From an uncultured delta proteobacterium (lineage in GTDB: Bacteria > Desulfobacterota > Binatia > UBA9968): 64,000 bases of DNA. The notes under the pieces were generated by a model. It saw only the letters and a list, made by a program, of their open reading frames with translations, ran no database searches and was not told where the DNA came from. Location of the stretch: the NCBI GenBank assembly GCA_963840855.1, contig CAWJBB010000003.1, positions 1 through 64,000 on the forward strand. The letters are read 5' to 3'. Position numbers and translations under genes: made by a program. Positions 29,092 through 41,234 of this stretch are shown piece after piece (within the stretch, counting starts at the first letter, position 1; each line of letters starts with the position of its first letter).

Positions 29092-30396
29092 TCAATTCCA
29101 AAAGCGAGTTCTCGTTTCTTCCCGCGCCCAATTTTCGAAAGCGGCAATTACCTCTGCAATCTCGGTATTCGAGTGTGCCAGGGAAACGAAAGCTGCCTCG
29201 AACTGGGCGGGAGGTAAGTAGACGCCACGTCGAAGCATCCCGTGAAAATACCTGGCGAATTGCTCGCGGTCGCATTTCCAAACGTCCTCTACATCGCAAA
29301 CCTTCTCGACACCGAGAAATAGCGTTAACATAGAACCGGCGCGGTTAAGCGCGGCCTTTATGCCATATTTCTTCGTGACTTCAGTGAAACCATCCGCGAG
29401 CTTTTGTCCAAGGGCTTCCAATGCACCGTAAGTGGGGTGACGGGTTAAAAGCTTGAGCGTAGCTAAACCCGCGCTGACGGCGAGCGGATTTCCGGACAAG
29501 GTCCCAGCTTGGTATACCGGTCCTTCGGGCGCGAGTAGATTCATAATTCGTTGCTTTCCGCCGAAAGCCGCGAGTGGTAGTCCGCCGCCAAGAATCTTAC
29601 CTAAGCACGTGAGATCCGGTCTGATTCGGTATAGCGATTGCGCGCCGCCGAGAGCGACGCGGAATCCCGTGATGATCTCATCAAAGATGAGTAGCGCGCC
29701 GTGATTCTTCGTAAGCTTTCTCAAAGAATTTAAGAATCCAGGGGCTGGCGGTATTACTCCCATGTTACCACAAATCGGTTCGACAATAACCGCCGCGATC
29801 ACTTCCCGATGCTGAGCAAATAACCTCTCCACCGAACTGATATCGTTGAACTTTGCGACCAGCGTTTCCTTGGCGAAAGCCGCGGGAACCCCTGCACTGT
29901 CCGGAAGTCCCAAGGTGGCGACACCCGAACCTGCTCTTACGAGCAGGCCATCCGAATGACCGTGATAACAGCCGTCAAACTTAACAATTTTTGTGCGCCC
30001 TGTGTAAGCGCGTGCAAGTCTTAACGCACTCATCGTCGCTTCGGTTCCGGAGTTTACCAACCGTAGTTTCTCGATCGACGGCATGAGTTGCGACACCAAC
30101 TCGGCCAACTCGACTTCCGCTTCAGTCGGCGCACCAAAGGTTGTACCTTTTGCAGCCCGAAGTCTTAGCGCCTGAAGAATTTTCGGATGCGCGTGTCCAC
30201 AGACTAACGGTCCCCATGATCCCACGAGATCAATGTAGCGATTACCGTCGGCATCGAAAATGTAACCTCCATGACCCCGCGCAATAATCAATGGCGCGCC
30301 GCCGACCGACTTCCAGGCCCGCACGGGACTATTGACACCGCCGGGAATATTTTTCTTTGCGCGGGCGAAAATTTGTTGCGAGCGTTTCGTTGACAT
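29092..30396 (-). CDS. hemL: Glutamate-1-semialdehyde 2,1-aminomutase
   Basis: PGGVNSPVRA, NSGTEATMSA, GCYHGHSD, LGKILGGGLP, YQAGTLSGNP. Start re-called at ATG 30396. Confidence 0.96.
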   Translation of the reverse strand: MSTKRSQQIFARAKKNIPGGVNSPVRAWKSVGGAPLIIARGHGGYIFDADGNRYIDLVGSWGPLVCGHAHPKILQALRLRAAKGTTFGAPTEAEVELAELVSQLMPSIEKLRLVNSGTEATMSALRLARAYTGRTKIVKFDGCYHGHSDGLLVRAGSGVATLGLPDSAGVPAAFAKETLVAKFNDISSVERLFAQHREVIAAVIVEPICGNMGVIPPAPGFLNSLRKLTKNHGALLIFDEIITGFRVALGGAQSLYRIRPDLTCLGKILGGGLPLAAFGGKQRIMNLLAPEGPVYQAGTLSGNPLAVSAGLATLKLLTRHPTYGALEALGQKLADGFTEVTKKYGIKAALNRAGSMLTLFLGVEKVCDVEDVWKCDREQFARYFHGMLRRGVYLPPAQFEAAFVSLAHSNTEIAEVIAAFENWAREETRTRFWN

Positions 30397-30621
30397 GAGT
30401 GAAAATTCGTAGCATTGGTGCCAGGAGGTGTCAAGAAAACCGAAAGACCAGTCCAAAGGCGACTCGGGAAAAAAGTTTTTCCTTGTTTTTTCGCACCGGC
30501 AAGCGGCGTAGTAGAGGGTGGATTCCTCACCAGCGCGGGTTGTTGAAAATCGGCAAGAAAAGAGAAAATCCTTCGCTGCTCGAAAAACCCCGGTCAACCG
30601 AGTCTCATCGCCGCCTACGAT

Positions 30622-33600
30622 TCATCGGAGTTGATTAAGGTGCCACTGCGCCGGCTCGTTCGGGCCGCCACCTGCTCGTGAAATTTGAAATCCGATCGCG
30701 GCTTGCGTCAGTGCTTTCGCCAGTTCCTCTATTTGGATTGGTTTGCTGAGATAGTCATCCATGCCGACTCCCAGATATTTTTCTTTGTCGCCCTGCAGCG
30801 CGTTGGCCGTCAGCGCGATGATCCACGGCCGATTCGCTCCCTGCTGCTCCTTGATTCTCGTCGTGGCCTCCACTCCGTCCATCTCTGGCATTTGCACATC
30901 CATTAACACCACATCGTATGGCTGGCGCTTTACTGCCTCCACCGCCTCCTTCCCGTTCGATGCCACGTCGGCCCGATACCCCATCCGCTCTAAAATCTTC
31001 AACGCCACCTTCTGGTTCACCACGTTGTCCTCAGCCAATAAGATACGTAGCGGATGGCGCTTGCCCATCTCTGAAGCTATAACCGCGCTGGGCACGAACT
31101 TCTTGACTTCGACATGGCCTCCTAAGATCCCAGCCAATATCCTCTGAAGTTGCGAGGACTTTACCGGCTTGGCCAAACACGCAGCAAATTCATTGCCCGT
31201 GACGTTTTGCCGCCCTAATGAGGTCAACATCACTAACGGCAATTGTGCGGAGCCGTTGCGCCTGTGGATCTCTTTGGCTAATTGAATGCCGTCCATCTCC
31301 GGCATCTGCATATCCAGCACCGCCAGATCGAAAACTTCGCCCCGATCTAAGATGCCCAGCGCCTCGGACCCCGACCCGGCCGCTTGCACCACAGCGCCCC
31401 ACGCATCCAACTGCCCGCCCAGGATGCGACGGTTAACTTCCAGATCGTCGACGATGAGAATTCTTTTCCCGGCCAACTCAGCGACCCCATCAGTTCCGGG
31501 CGACTCCACAGCGCGCCCAACGATGGTAAAATGAAATGTTGATCCCGCACCCAACGCGCTCTCCACCCAGATCGTGCCGCCCATCATTTCTACCAGCTGC
31601 TTGCTAATGGCCAGCCCAAGGCCGGTACCCCCGTACAATCGCGTGGTGGATGCATCCACCTGGCTGAAGGACTTAAACAGCCGGTCCATCCGTTCCGCGG
31701 GTATCCCTATTCCCGTGTCCGTTATGGAAAACTGCACCTCACCTGCGATATTAGATCTTCGATTTTCGTTTTTGGATTCTGAATTCTCCGCGCCATCTTC
31801 GATGCTCGACTCTCGGTTTTCGATTTCCCCTTCGCCTCCAACCCTGCCTCCTGACGCTTTCTTGACCTCCACCAGCACATGACCCCCCTCGGTAAACTTC
31901 ACCGCGTTGCTCAAAAGATTAACCAAGATCTGGCGCACTCGGCTGATATCGCCCACGATTTCCGACGGTAACGCAGGATCCACCATTGACGCTAACTCCA
32001 GACCCTTCTGCGTCGCCTTGGAGGCCACCAAATCCACCGCTTCTTCCACGCAGGCCTGCAACCCAAAGGGCTCGCTTTCCAACTCCAGCCGGCGCGACTC
32101 GATCTTGGAAAAATCCAAGATGTCGTTGATCAGCGTCAAGAGCGTGTCGCCGCCTGCCCGGATCGTTTCCGCATAGTCGCGCTGGTCGGTGTTTAGATCA
32201 GAGTCCAACAAGAGCCCCGTCATGCCGATCACCGCGTTCAGTGGAGTTCTAATCTCGTGGCTCATGTTGGCCAAAAATTCGCTCTTCGCCCGGGTCGCCG
32301 CCTCAGCCACCTCCTTGGCGCGCTCCAGCATCACCGCCTGCTCCCGGCTCTTCTCGTAAAGCCGCGCATTATGGATCGCCATGGCCGCCTGGCCGGCAAG
32401 AGTTAACAGATAAGAAGTCTCCTCTTCGGTAAAGTCGCGTTCATCGCGGGTGAGAAATACCAGGACTCCGACCGCCTCGCTTTTAATCAAAAGCGGCACT
32501 CCGAGATATGAAAAAATGCCATGTTTGCGGTAGAAATCAGCATCGGCAGTGCGCGGATCGCTTTGAACATTCTTGACGAAGACCGGCGTTTTTTCATAAA
32601 CCGCCTGTCGAACCAGGATCGGCACGCCGCCTATATCTCTACCCTTCCATTCATCTTCGTCCAGGTTCCAGCAGCCCGCCCGCTCAATCTCGCCGGTTTC
32701 AGGATTGGTTAGCCAAACCACGAGCGCGGCGTAGGCCAAGAAGCTCTGGATCTTTTCCATCAGAACCCTTAACACCGACTGAAGCTCCAGCGTCGAGGTG
32801 GCGGATGAATTGATTTCATAGAGCGCGGCGATACGCTCCATGTTGCGCTTGAGTTCTTCACCCAGCATCATCTTCTGGATGGCGACGCCAATCTGGTGGC
32901 TCATGGCCTCGACCAGCCTTATTTCTTCGGAAGCAATCTTCCTGGGCTTTCGGCTCGCCAACTGCAAAAATCCCAGTGGGCGACTGCCGCTCCGGATGGG
33001 AACGATGAGCGCCGTCTGCGCCTTCTCGCGCTTTAAAGTCCTGAGCCCATCGGCTTGTTGAACATTCTCCACAACTGAACAACTCTCAAAGCGCGTCGCC
33101 GCAATCCTGTGCCTTTTGCCCGATCTCCTCTGTATATTGTCCTTGTCTAGGTAACCGTAGGCGGCCAGCACCTCGATAAGCTCACCGTCCCTCGCCGTAT
33201 GAAGGATGGTTCCCAGGTCAAAGCCGGCAGCGGCCAGACATTTGTCGAGCACTTTCTCTAAACCCGTGCGTGGGTTCTCTTCGGCGAGAATCGTTTGGCT
33301 GACCTCTTGGAGCGCATTAAGCTCATCAAGGCTGGCCCTCAACTCTTCCTCGGCATTCTTGCGCTTGCTGATGTCGAACATCACGCCACGCAGTCGCGCC
33401 GGCTTCCCCGCTTCGTCCTTGATGATCCGCACGATGTCGCGCAGCCAGACCTCGCGGCCATTCGCCGCTACGGCCCGATACTCAAACTCGCGATTCTCCC
33501 GGCCCGCAGTTGCAGTAAGGCATGCCTCCACCGCCGCCGCGCGGTCGTCGGGATGGATGAGACTTACCCAGAACGATGGCTCGTTTACCCAGCGCTCGAC

Positions 33601-34515
33601 GGGGTACCCTAGAATGTTTTCAGCCGCCTGGCTGACAAAGGTAAATTGTCCCGTCGCTGCGTCTGCCTCCCATACGATGGCCTGCACGGTTTCGATCAGC
33701 TCGCGCTGCTTCTCTTCAGCTTGACGCAGCGCCTGGTTGGCCGACTCCAGTTGAGCGGTCCGCTCGCCGACGCGCTGTTCCAGTTCTCGGTTGAACGCTT
33801 CGATTTCTCCGCGGCCCTGCAGCAGAGCCTCCGCCATCTGATTGATGGCGGCACCCAATGTACCCAATTCATCGCTTCTGTTCACATCGACTCTTGCGCT
33901 TAAATCGCCGGCGCCGATCTTTTTCGCGGCGGCCACCATGGCCAGAATGGGGCGGCTAGAATTCCGTGCCAGAACAAAGGCCAAAACGGCGCCGATGGCA
34001 AGGCAAATGAGGGTCAGGTATAGATTCGCTCGGGTGCTTTCTTCCACGACTCGGTCGATATTCCCGAGGGTGAACCCGATTGCGACGGCTCCCAGCCATT
34101 GCTGATTCGCCAAACGGACGGGGCCGCCAATTTTTAGAATTTTGCCTTCAGTCCGAGAAACCCAGGCGCTATCCGCCGGGAGCACGACGCTCTTGAGAAA
34201 CGCCTCAGCGTCGCGTTGGGCTGCGGCCGTACCGACACCGCTGAGGATCGCTCCGGACCCGTCGGTCACATAAATGTAGGAAATATCCGGATTGGCTTGA
34301 GCGAGCGTTAATTTACTGTGCAGTTCACGGACCTTCAAGAAATAGAGGTCATCAACGAGGCCCTCAGCGATAATCTGGCCTATGTCGGAAGCTTTTTTTT
34401 CGAAAGTCGTAAGCAGATATTTTTCGCCCTGGTGAATGGAATAGAGCGAGATACTGCCGCCGACCAAGAGAACCAGGCAAAAGGAAAAGGCGATGAGTTT
34501 TCTCTGGATGCTCAA
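30622..34515 (-). CDS. Hybrid sensor kinase (2 TM, HAMP, PAS, 2 GAF, HisKA, HATPase, 2 REC)
   Basis: [30 protein letters not shown], two receiver domains. Confidence 0.93.
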   Translation of the reverse strand: MSIQRKLIAFSFCLVLLVGGSISLYSIHQGEKYLLTTFEKKASDIGQIIAEGLVDDLYFLKVRELHSKLTLAQANPDISYIYVTDGSGAILSGVGTAAAQRDAEAFLKSVVLPADSAWVSRTEGKILKIGGPVRLANQQWLGAVAIGFTLGNIDRVVEESTRANLYLTLICLAIGAVLAFVLARNSSRPILAMVAAAKKIGAGDLSARVDVNRSDELGTLGAAINQMAEALLQGRGEIEAFNRELEQRVGERTAQLESANQALRQAEEKQRELIETVQAIVWEADAATGQFTFVSQAAENILGYPVERWVNEPSFWVSLIHPDDRAAAVEACLTATAGRENREFEYRAVAANGREVWLRDIVRIIKDEAGKPARLRGVMFDISKRKNAEEELRASLDELNALQEVSQTILAEENPRTGLEKVLDKCLAAAGFDLGTILHTARDGELIEVLAAYGYLDKDNIQRRSGKRHRIAATRFESCSVVENVQQADGLRTLKREKAQTALIVPIRSGSRPLGFLQLASRKPRKIASEEIRLVEAMSHQIGVAIQKMMLGEELKRNMERIAALYEINSSATSTLELQSVLRVLMEKIQSFLAYAALVVWLTNPETGEIERAGCWNLDEDEWKGRDIGGVPILVRQAVYEKTPVFVKNVQSDPRTADADFYRKHGIFSYLGVPLLIKSEAVGVLVFLTRDERDFTEEETSYLLTLAGQAAMAIHNARLYEKSREQAVMLERAKEVAEAATRAKSEFLANMSHEIRTPLNAVIGMTGLLLDSDLNTDQRDYAETIRAGGDTLLTLINDILDFSKIESRRLELESEPFGLQACVEEAVDLVASKATQKGLELASMVDPALPSEIVGDISRVRQILVNLLSNAVKFTEGGHVLVEVKKASGGRVGGEGEIENRESSIEDGAENSESKNENRRSNIAGEVQFSITDTGIGIPAERMDRLFKSFSQVDASTTRLYGGTGLGLAISKQLVEMMGGTIWVESALGAGSTFHFTIVGRAVESPGTDGVAELAGKRILIVDDLEVNRRILGGQLDAWGAVVQAAGSGSEALGILDRGEVFDLAVLDMQMPEMDGIQLAKEIHRRNGSAQLPLVMLTSLGRQNVTGNEFAACLAKPVKSSQLQRILAGILGGHVEVKKFVPSAVIASEMGKRHPLRILLAEDNVVNQKVALKILERMGYRADVASNGKEAVEAVKRQPYDVVLMDVQMPEMDGVEATTRIKEQQGANRPWIIALTANALQGDKEKYLGVGMDDYLSKPIQIEELAKALTQAAIGFQISRAGGGPNEPAQWHLNQLR

Positions 34516-34517
34516 TT

Positions 34518-35447
34518 TTATTTTGCCACGTCCGCTTCGATGAGTTTCCAGCTCTGCCGCAAGGGAGCCATCAAGGGCGCGGGAATTTCGTCGAATTTCG
34601 TCGTCTTCTCAAATTCATGGAGCGTTTTGTTGCCTTCCGCCGACTGATTCATCCTGATCAGAATGTCTTTGATTCTCGAGGCAAATCGCGGTGGCAGATT
34701 GGCTCGGTGACTTACAATATGGCGCGGAATCGAAAAAGTTCTATGAATGATATGCAGTTGGTCAAGATTTTCCCTGGCCAAATTTGGATAGGCTTGATCA
34801 TCGAGAACTCCCGCGCCGACTTTTCCCCGCAGCACCCATAACATGGTATTTTCGTCGTCGCCGGTGAAGGTGTAGCCGACTTTGCCGTGCGCCACTGCGC
34901 TGGAAGGATCGTCTATATGCATCAGCTTAAATCCCTTTTGCATCAGAACCACCTTGGGCAGAAAAAAAGCAGAAGAAGAATAGGGCGCTTCAAAACCTAG
35001 AACCTTTTGATAGAGATTCTCCAACCGGTCAATGCCGCTGTCTTTTCGCGTGAAGATGACGGAATGGTATTCGCCCACGCCTTTCTTCCAGCGGCGCACC
35101 AGCAACTTGCTTCCGCTGAGATGGCTCACGGCCAGGGAAGGAAAGGGACTATCAATATAAAGGTCGATCTTTGCATTCCTTAAAAGCATTGCCGATTCGC
35201 TCAGGCTGCGACCGACAACGACCTGTCCCTGGGTGATCCCTTCGGCGTGAAGCTCCTTTCCCAGATAGGTTGCCAAAGGCAAAAGAGTTTTGATTTCCTG
35301 GGCCGGCGTATCACTCGTCGAACCGATGTTCAGGGTCCCGGCTATGAGCGCGTGCGGCAACAGCAAAATGGCGAGGAAAATAAGAATCCTTTGCCCTGCG
35401 GATAATCGTCTCGCGATTGCCAATCTCATCTGTAAACAAATCCTCAC
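34518..35447 (-). CDS. PhnD-like periplasmic phosphate/phosphonate-type binding protein
   Basis: Signal-like N-terminus; [30 protein letters not shown]; no ABC permease nearby. Start uncertain. Confidence 0.8.
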   Translation of the reverse strand: MRICLQMRLAIARRLSAGQRILIFLAILLLPHALIAGTLNIGSTSDTPAQEIKTLLPLATYLGKELHAEGITQGQVVVGRSLSESAMLLRNAKIDLYIDSPFPSLAVSHLSGSKLLVRRWKKGVGEYHSVIFTRKDSGIDRLENLYQKVLGFEAPYSSSAFFLPKVVLMQKGFKLMHIDDPSSAVAHGKVGYTFTGDDENTMLWVLRGKVGAGVLDDQAYPNLARENLDQLHIIHRTFSIPRHIVSHRANLPPRFASRIKDILIRMNQSAEGNKTLHEFEKTTKFDEIPAPLMAPLRQSWKLIEADVAK

Positions 35448-35467
35448 TTGCGGCCACTGAATGACTT

Positions 35468-38400
35468 TTATCGCGTCATAGTGAGAAATACCGCCGCGGC
35501 GGCGGACGGCTTACATCGACTAAGGGCCCCGCTTAGCTCTTCGAGCTTGATCGGTTTACTGACATAGTCATCCATACCTACACCTAGATATTTCTCTTTG
35601 TCGCCCTGCAGCGCATTGGCCGTCAGCGCGATGATCCATGGCCGTTTCTCTCCCTGCCGCTCCCTGATTCTTGTCGTGGCCTCCACGCCGTCCATCTCCG
35701 GCATCTGCACATCCATCAACACGACATCGTAGGTCTGGCGTTCCACTGCCTCCACCGCCTCCGAGCCATTGGACGCCACGTCGGCCCGATACCCCATCCG
35801 ATCTAAAATCTTCAACGCCACCTTCTGGTTCACCACGTTGTCCTCCGCCAATAAAATCCTCAGCGGATGACGCTTCGCCATGTCTTTTTCGATACCTTTC
35901 CGGGCAACTGTTGTTTGCGCAACCCTTTTGCCCAGCACTTTCGACAAGACGTCGAACAGTTGCCACGCTTTGACCGGCTTTGTGAGGAGTCCTGCGAAAA
36001 GATCGCTGCGGATTTTATGGCTCCCCATGGAGGTCAACATAACCAACGGTGTCGCTTTACAATTCGTCAATTCACGAATCTTCGCCGCCAACTCCACCCC
36101 GTCCATTTCCGGCATCTGCATATCCAAAACGATGACGTCAAAACGCTCCCTGTCCCGGAGATATGCCAGCGCCTCTTTTCCCGATGCCGCGCTCTCGACC
36201 TGCATGCCTTGCGATTGCAGCTGGCGCGCCACAATCGTTCGGTTTACTTCCTGGTCATCCACCGAAAGCACTCGCTTGCCGTCAAGCTCGGCGCGCCTTT
36301 CCGTCTCCGTTCGCGCTTCGACTTGTTTACCGACAATGGTGAAATAGAACGTCGAGCCTTTGCCCAAATCGCTCTCCGCCCAAATTTTTCCTCCCATTAA
36401 CTCCACGAGCTGCTTGCATATCGCCAAACCCAACCCCGTCCCGCCATATAGGCGGGTGGTCGAACTATCGACTTGGCTGAACGACTTGAACAAACGATCC
36501 ATGCCGCCGGCCGGAATACCGATGCCCGAGTCCTTTATCGAGAACAATAATTCGACTTCGCCGTCGCTTCGTTGGGCCCCGCTCTTGACCTCCACCAGAA
36601 CCGTGCCCTGGGCTGTAAACTTGACGGCGTTAGTCGTTAGATTAACAATGACCTGGCGCACCCGCGCCAGATCGCCAATCACTCCCCAGGGTACGTCGGC
36701 ATTTACCGAGTAGATCAGCTCCAGCCCTTTCTCGGCCGCCCGCGGAGCCACCAAGTCCATCGCTTCTTCGACGCAATGCGTGATTTCGAATGGCACCTGT
36801 TCGACATCCAGGTGTCCCGACTCGATCTTGGAAAAATCCAGAATGTCGTTGATCAGCTCCAGCAGAGCGTCTCCGCTTTTGCGGATCGTCTCTGCGCATT
36901 CGCGCTGTTCCGCCCGCAGCTCCGAATCCAACAACAATCCCGTCATCCCTATCACCGCGTTCATCGGGGTACGGATCTCGTGACTCATATTCGCCAAGAA
37001 TTCACTTTTTGCACGCGTCGCCGCTTCCGCCACTTCCTTCGATCGGGCAAGTTCTTCTGCTTGCTTGAGACTTTGCTCGTACAGCCGCGCGTTGTGAATC
37101 GCCATAGCCGCCTGACTGCCCAATGTAGCGAAGAAATCTATCTCGGCGTTGCTGAATACGCGCTCTTGTTTGGTAAAAAATCCGATGGTGCCGAGCAGCT
37201 CATTGCCAACGCGAAGGGGCACGCCGACATAGGAAACCAATTGATTGTGATGGATGAACTCAGGATAGCGTATCCTCGGGTCATTGCGGCAGTCTGCAAT
37301 GACGATCGGGCGAATCCCCAGCGCCACGGCCAGCTCATTGCCATCGCCGATCTTTGGATCGATTTCTCTCCAAGCCCTCGCATCGATGTTCCGGCACGCG
37401 ACCGGGGCTAGTAGCCCTGTTTCTCGATCACGGACCCGGAGGGTCGTCGTCAAATCAGGAAACAACTTCTCGACGTTATCCAGAAAGTTATTTACGACTG
37501 AGTCAAAATCGAGGGTTGAGGCTATCGCCGTATTCAACTCATGCAACGCCTCCAATCGTCGCAGGTTTCCCTTGATTTCCTGCGTCAGTCTGGCTTTTTG
37601 CATGGCGATGCCGAATTGATGCGCAACGCTCTCTGCCAGGTGTATCTCAGAGGGAAGAATTTGCCGCGGTTCGCGCACTCCAAGCTGCAAGATCCCCATG
37701 ACTTGATCGGCGCTGCGAATTGGAACAATGAGGAGCGTATTCACGCCCTCTTCTTTCAACGTTTGAAAACCGTCCTTATTCTGCAAGTTCTCGACGACCG
37801 CAGGGCCGTCAAAATGCACACCGCGTCGATTCCGCCGCCCGGTTGATTTTCTTCGCACGCGGTTGGGGTCGCGGTAACCGCAGGCAGCCAGGGCGTCAAT
37901 GACCGCGCCGTCCGGCTCGGTAAAAAGAATAGTTCCAATGTCGAAGCCCGCCTCGGGAACATACCGGTGAAGAATTTTCTCCAACCCTGTCTTGGCATCC
38001 TCCTCCGCCAGGATGGTCCGGCTGAACCTCTGCAGCATTTCCAGGTTCCTGACGCTGTTTCGAAGCGCCTCTTCAGCGTGCATGCGCTCGCTGATTTCCA
38101 CCATCACGCCGAGCAGGCGCCGCGGAATGCCATTTTCGTCTTTAATGACCCGCACGAGATCGCGCAGGCCGACCATTCGGCCGTCTGCCGCCAAGGCCCG
38201 GTATTCAAACTCATGATCCTTTCCTTCCGCCGTCGATGCTTGGCAGTACGCGATGGTGTGTTCCCGGTCATCCGGATGAATGAGGTTTACCCAGAAGTCG
38301 GGTTTCTCCAGCCAATCCTCAATCGGGTAACCTAGTATCTCTTCCGCCGCCTGGCTGACGAAGGAAAATCGCCGGGTTTGCGCATCTGCCTCCCAAACGA

Positions 38401-39640
38401 TGGCTTTGACGGTTTCCATCAGCTGGCGTTGCTTTTGTTCAGCCTCAACCAGCGCTTCCTCGTTAGATTTGCGCTCGGTTATGTCGCGCAGGAACGCCGT
38501 AAAGAAGGGCTCATGATCGGTTTCAACCGCCGTGATTGATAGTTCGACGGGAAACTCCGTGCCGTCGGCGCGCATGGCGTTGAGCTCGATTCGCTTGCCA
38601 AGGACGGTCGCCTCGCGTGTCGCGAGGTATTTGGCAAAACCGCCTTTGTGAAAGTCACGCAAACCCGGTGGGATAATCAAATCCGCCATCACCTTACCCA
38701 AGGCTTCGGACCTGGCATAACCGAAGGTCTCCTCGGCGCTCCGGTTGAATTCAATGATCTTACCCTCGTGATCGAGGGTGACGACACAATCCAAGGCCGT
38801 GTCGACGACCGCCTGTTTGCGCGCCTCGCTCAACTGAAGCGACCGATTGGCGCTTTCGAATTGGGCTGTTCGTTCCGCTACTCGCTGTTCAAGTTCGTTG
38901 TTGAGGGTGTCGACTTCTGCGCGGCTATTGCAAATCGCCGCCGCCATAGAATTGATCGCCTCGCCAAGCCTGCCGAATTCATCGCGCCGGCCACCCGGCG
39001 CCCGCGCCGCGAGGTTACCCGCCTCTATTTGTCGCGCCGTCGCCATGACGGCGACGATGGGATGGGTGAAATTTCGCGCGGTCAAATAGGCGCCCAAACA
39101 ACCAATGACCAGGAGGCAGAACGCCACCAAAGCGCTTTCTTGGGCGAATTCCGCCACCACCCCGTCCAGCGTGTGGCTTGAAAACCCGATGCTGAGGTAA
39201 CCGACAACGGTTAAATTTTTAAGCAGAACCGGACCATCGACGCGCAGAAGAGTTCCCTCGAAAGTAGATTTCCAACCACCCGTTACTGCCTCCCTCGGCA
39301 GATGGATCGCCGCACCGGTACCGTTGGTTTTGTTTGCTTTGTCGACGGCGTGCACGGGTTGCCCCGCACTATCATAAAGCCGCAGGTACCTGACGCTCGG
39401 TTGGGCGAGGGTGACTTTGATGCGATCATCCAGCGCACTGATGTTTCTAAAATAGAGATCCTGGACTAAACCGTCGGCCAAGATTTGCGCCATCCCCCGG
39501 CTTTGCTCTTCGAAAGTTTCCATGACCTTCTCGCGGCCCTCGTACACCGAAAAAAGCGCGATGGCGACGACAACCATAACGACCAGGCAAATCGTCAAAG
39601 TCATCAGTTTTTGGCGAATGTTGAGATGTATGCGGCTCAT
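35468..39640 (-). CDS. Hybrid sensor kinase (2 TM, HAMP, 2 PAS, 2 GAF, HisKA, HATPase, 2 REC), paralog of 30622..34515
   Basis: [26 protein letters not shown], two receivers. Start re-called at ATG 39640. Confidence 0.93.
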   Translation of the reverse strand: MSRIHLNIRQKLMTLTICLVVMVVVAIALFSVYEGREKVMETFEEQSRGMAQILADGLVQDLYFRNISALDDRIKVTLAQPSVRYLRLYDSAGQPVHAVDKANKTNGTGAAIHLPREAVTGGWKSTFEGTLLRVDGPVLLKNLTVVGYLSIGFSSHTLDGVVAEFAQESALVAFCLLVIGCLGAYLTARNFTHPIVAVMATARQIEAGNLAARAPGGRRDEFGRLGEAINSMAAAICNSRAEVDTLNNELEQRVAERTAQFESANRSLQLSEARKQAVVDTALDCVVTLDHEGKIIEFNRSAEETFGYARSEALGKVMADLIIPPGLRDFHKGGFAKYLATREATVLGKRIELNAMRADGTEFPVELSITAVETDHEPFFTAFLRDITERKSNEEALVEAEQKQRQLMETVKAIVWEADAQTRRFSFVSQAAEEILGYPIEDWLEKPDFWVNLIHPDDREHTIAYCQASTAEGKDHEFEYRALAADGRMVGLRDLVRVIKDENGIPRRLLGVMVEISERMHAEEALRNSVRNLEMLQRFSRTILAEEDAKTGLEKILHRYVPEAGFDIGTILFTEPDGAVIDALAACGYRDPNRVRRKSTGRRNRRGVHFDGPAVVENLQNKDGFQTLKEEGVNTLLIVPIRSADQVMGILQLGVREPRQILPSEIHLAESVAHQFGIAMQKARLTQEIKGNLRRLEALHELNTAIASTLDFDSVVNNFLDNVEKLFPDLTTTLRVRDRETGLLAPVACRNIDARAWREIDPKIGDGNELAVALGIRPIVIADCRNDPRIRYPEFIHHNQLVSYVGVPLRVGNELLGTIGFFTKQERVFSNAEIDFFATLGSQAAMAIHNARLYEQSLKQAEELARSKEVAEAATRAKSEFLANMSHEIRTPMNAVIGMTGLLLDSELRAEQRECAETIRKSGDALLELINDILDFSKIESGHLDVEQVPFEITHCVEEAMDLVAPRAAEKGLELIYSVNADVPWGVIGDLARVRQVIVNLTTNAVKFTAQGTVLVEVKSGAQRSDGEVELLFSIKDSGIGIPAGGMDRLFKSFSQVDSSTTRLYGGTGLGLAICKQLVELMGGKIWAESDLGKGSTFYFTIVGKQVEARTETERRAELDGKRVLSVDDQEVNRTIVARQLQSQGMQVESAASGKEALAYLRDRERFDVIVLDMQMPEMDGVELAAKIRELTNCKATPLVMLTSMGSHKIRSDLFAGLLTKPVKAWQLFDVLSKVLGKRVAQTTVARKGIEKDMAKRHPLRILLAEDNVVNQKVALKILDRMGYRADVASNGSEAVEAVERQTYDVVLMDVQMPEMDGVEATTRIRERQGEKRPWIIALTANALQGDKEKYLGVGMDDYVSKPIKLEELSGALSRCKPSAAAAVFLTMTR

Positions 39641-39722
39641 TTTGCGACGCCTACCCCCGCCGTGATCCAAGCCCATTGCGCGATTTGGTTCGAGTTTGTC
39701 GGCTCGCTGGTTTTCAACCCTG

Positions 39723-40676
39723 TTACTCCGAAGCTGCGCGCGCGGCGGTCAGGGATGTTATTTTGCCGTCGCATTCGACGCGATTTCTCCCCAACTCTTT
39801 GGCGCGATAAAGCGCCCGGTCGGCGGCGTCTATCAGCGCGCCGGCCTCTCGCATGTTTTCAACCGTCGCCTCGCTGACGCCGGCGCTGGCGGTGATGAGC
39901 AACTGACCCGCCGGGGTAACCACTGGAGTGGCGCTCAGCGCCTTGCGGACTCGTTCCGCTATCTCCGCAGCCGACCGCAAGTCACAGCTAGGCGCCACAG
40001 TGAGAAACTCCTCGCCACCGTAGCGGCCGACCACATCGTACGGCCGTAGGACCGCGTTTATCCGGTGAGCTGACTCTCGCAACACCCGATCACCCACGCT
40101 GTGGCCGTAAGTATCGTTGACCTGTTTAAAGTGATCTAGATCGAAAAGAATTACCCCCACGGGGGTCTTTTCACGCGTGGCGCGGTCGAGTTCGCCGACC
40201 AGTCGTTCGATTATCGCCCCGTGATTCCAAAGTCCGGTCAAACCGTCATGGGTTGCGCGAATCTCGAGCTCGGTCTGCGCAGCCAATAATTCATGCTGCA
40301 AGTCGAGGATGCGCCGCCCCGCGCGCAGGCGCGCTTTTAGTTCCTGCGAGTTAAACGGTTTGGTAATATAGTCATCGGCGCCGGCCTCTATGCCCTGGAC
40401 CAGATCGTTCAACTTGTCCATCGCTGTAAGCAAAATCACATAGACATAAGGCCCGTTCTTGCGCCCGCGCAGTTTGCGACAGATGTCCGGGCCGGTCACC
40501 CCCGGCATTAGCCAATCGAGAATCGCCAGATTGGCAGCCCCGGGCGCCTGCAAGGCAGACCACGCCTGGCCGCCGTCGCAAGCGATCTCGACTTGATAGC
40601 CGAGCTTCTCGAGAGTCGTACGCAACAACATCCGGGTCGTTGCGTCATCGTCTGCGATGAGTATTTTCGTATTCAT
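39723..40676 (-). CDS. REC-GGDEF diguanylate cyclase response regulator
   Basis: REC (LDWLMP, YITKP); [15 protein letters not shown]-site RPYD, active-type GGEEF. Start re-called at ATG 40676. Confidence 0.92.
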   Translation of the reverse strand: MNTKILIADDDATTRMLLRTTLEKLGYQVEIACDGGQAWSALQAPGAANLAILDWLMPGVTGPDICRKLRGRKNGPYVYVILLTAMDKLNDLVQGIEAGADDYITKPFNSQELKARLRAGRRILDLQHELLAAQTELEIRATHDGLTGLWNHGAIIERLVGELDRATREKTPVGVILFDLDHFKQVNDTYGHSVGDRVLRESAHRINAVLRPYDVVGRYGGEEFLTVAPSCDLRSAAEIAERVRKALSATPVVTPAGQLLITASAGVSEATVENMREAGALIDAADRALYRAKELGRNRVECDGKITSLTAARAASE

Positions 40677-40792
40677 CTTTGGTCTTCGGGTTCGGGACGG
40701 AAGGTGAGCAGAGCAGCCGATCGTGACTCCTGCTGCCACTCATCGGCGGTATAAAGTCTCAAATAATTTCTCCGTCCCTCGATGCGCCACGG

Positions 40793-41191
40793 CTAGCGTT
40801 CTTGACTGACAAATTCCGCGGGGGAGCTTTTTAACGCTTCCAGCGCAGCCTTCACCTGGATAAACTCGTCCTCGAATCGCTGCACGTCGTCGGCCATTCC
40901 CGCGAAATCACCGCTCCGCCAGTCGAATTCCATTTGCTTGGCCAGAGCCGACAGCTGCATCGCGCCGACATTCGCGCTGCTCGACTTTAAGGTATGGGCC
41001 TCGCGAATCAGGGTATCGGTCTCACCGCCGCCAGCGGCCCCGCGCATTTGCGCTATGCGGTTGGGCGTATCCTCTAGATACACGTCAATCAAGTCGACGA
41101 GAAAATCCTCGCCGTATTCCTCGATCCATTCCCTGGCCTTGTCGCTGATTTCTTTTTCCACGGCGCTTTGTTCCACGACCCCTTCCTCCAT
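40793..41191 (-). CDS. Stand-alone Hpt phosphotransfer protein
   Basis: EAHTLKSSSANVGA. Confidence 0.92.
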   Translation of the reverse strand: MEEGVVEQSAVEKEISDKAREWIEEYGEDFLVDLIDVYLEDTPNRIAQMRGAAGGGETDTLIREAHTLKSSSANVGAMQLSALAKQMEFDWRSGDFAGMADDVQRFEDEFIQVKAALEALKSSPAEFVSQER

Positions 41192-41234
41192 GTTTTTTTC
41201 TCATAATCAAACGAAACGCTTGGCGTCTGATCGA

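Noticed and set aside
29092-30396. hemL as part of the motility system
   Set aside because: Ordinary housekeeping enzyme with no sigma54 or sigma28 motif seen; probably a boundary between modules
40735-40770. sigma28-like GCCGATGA upstream of the DGC
   Set aside because: No TAAA -35 box at 15-nt spacing
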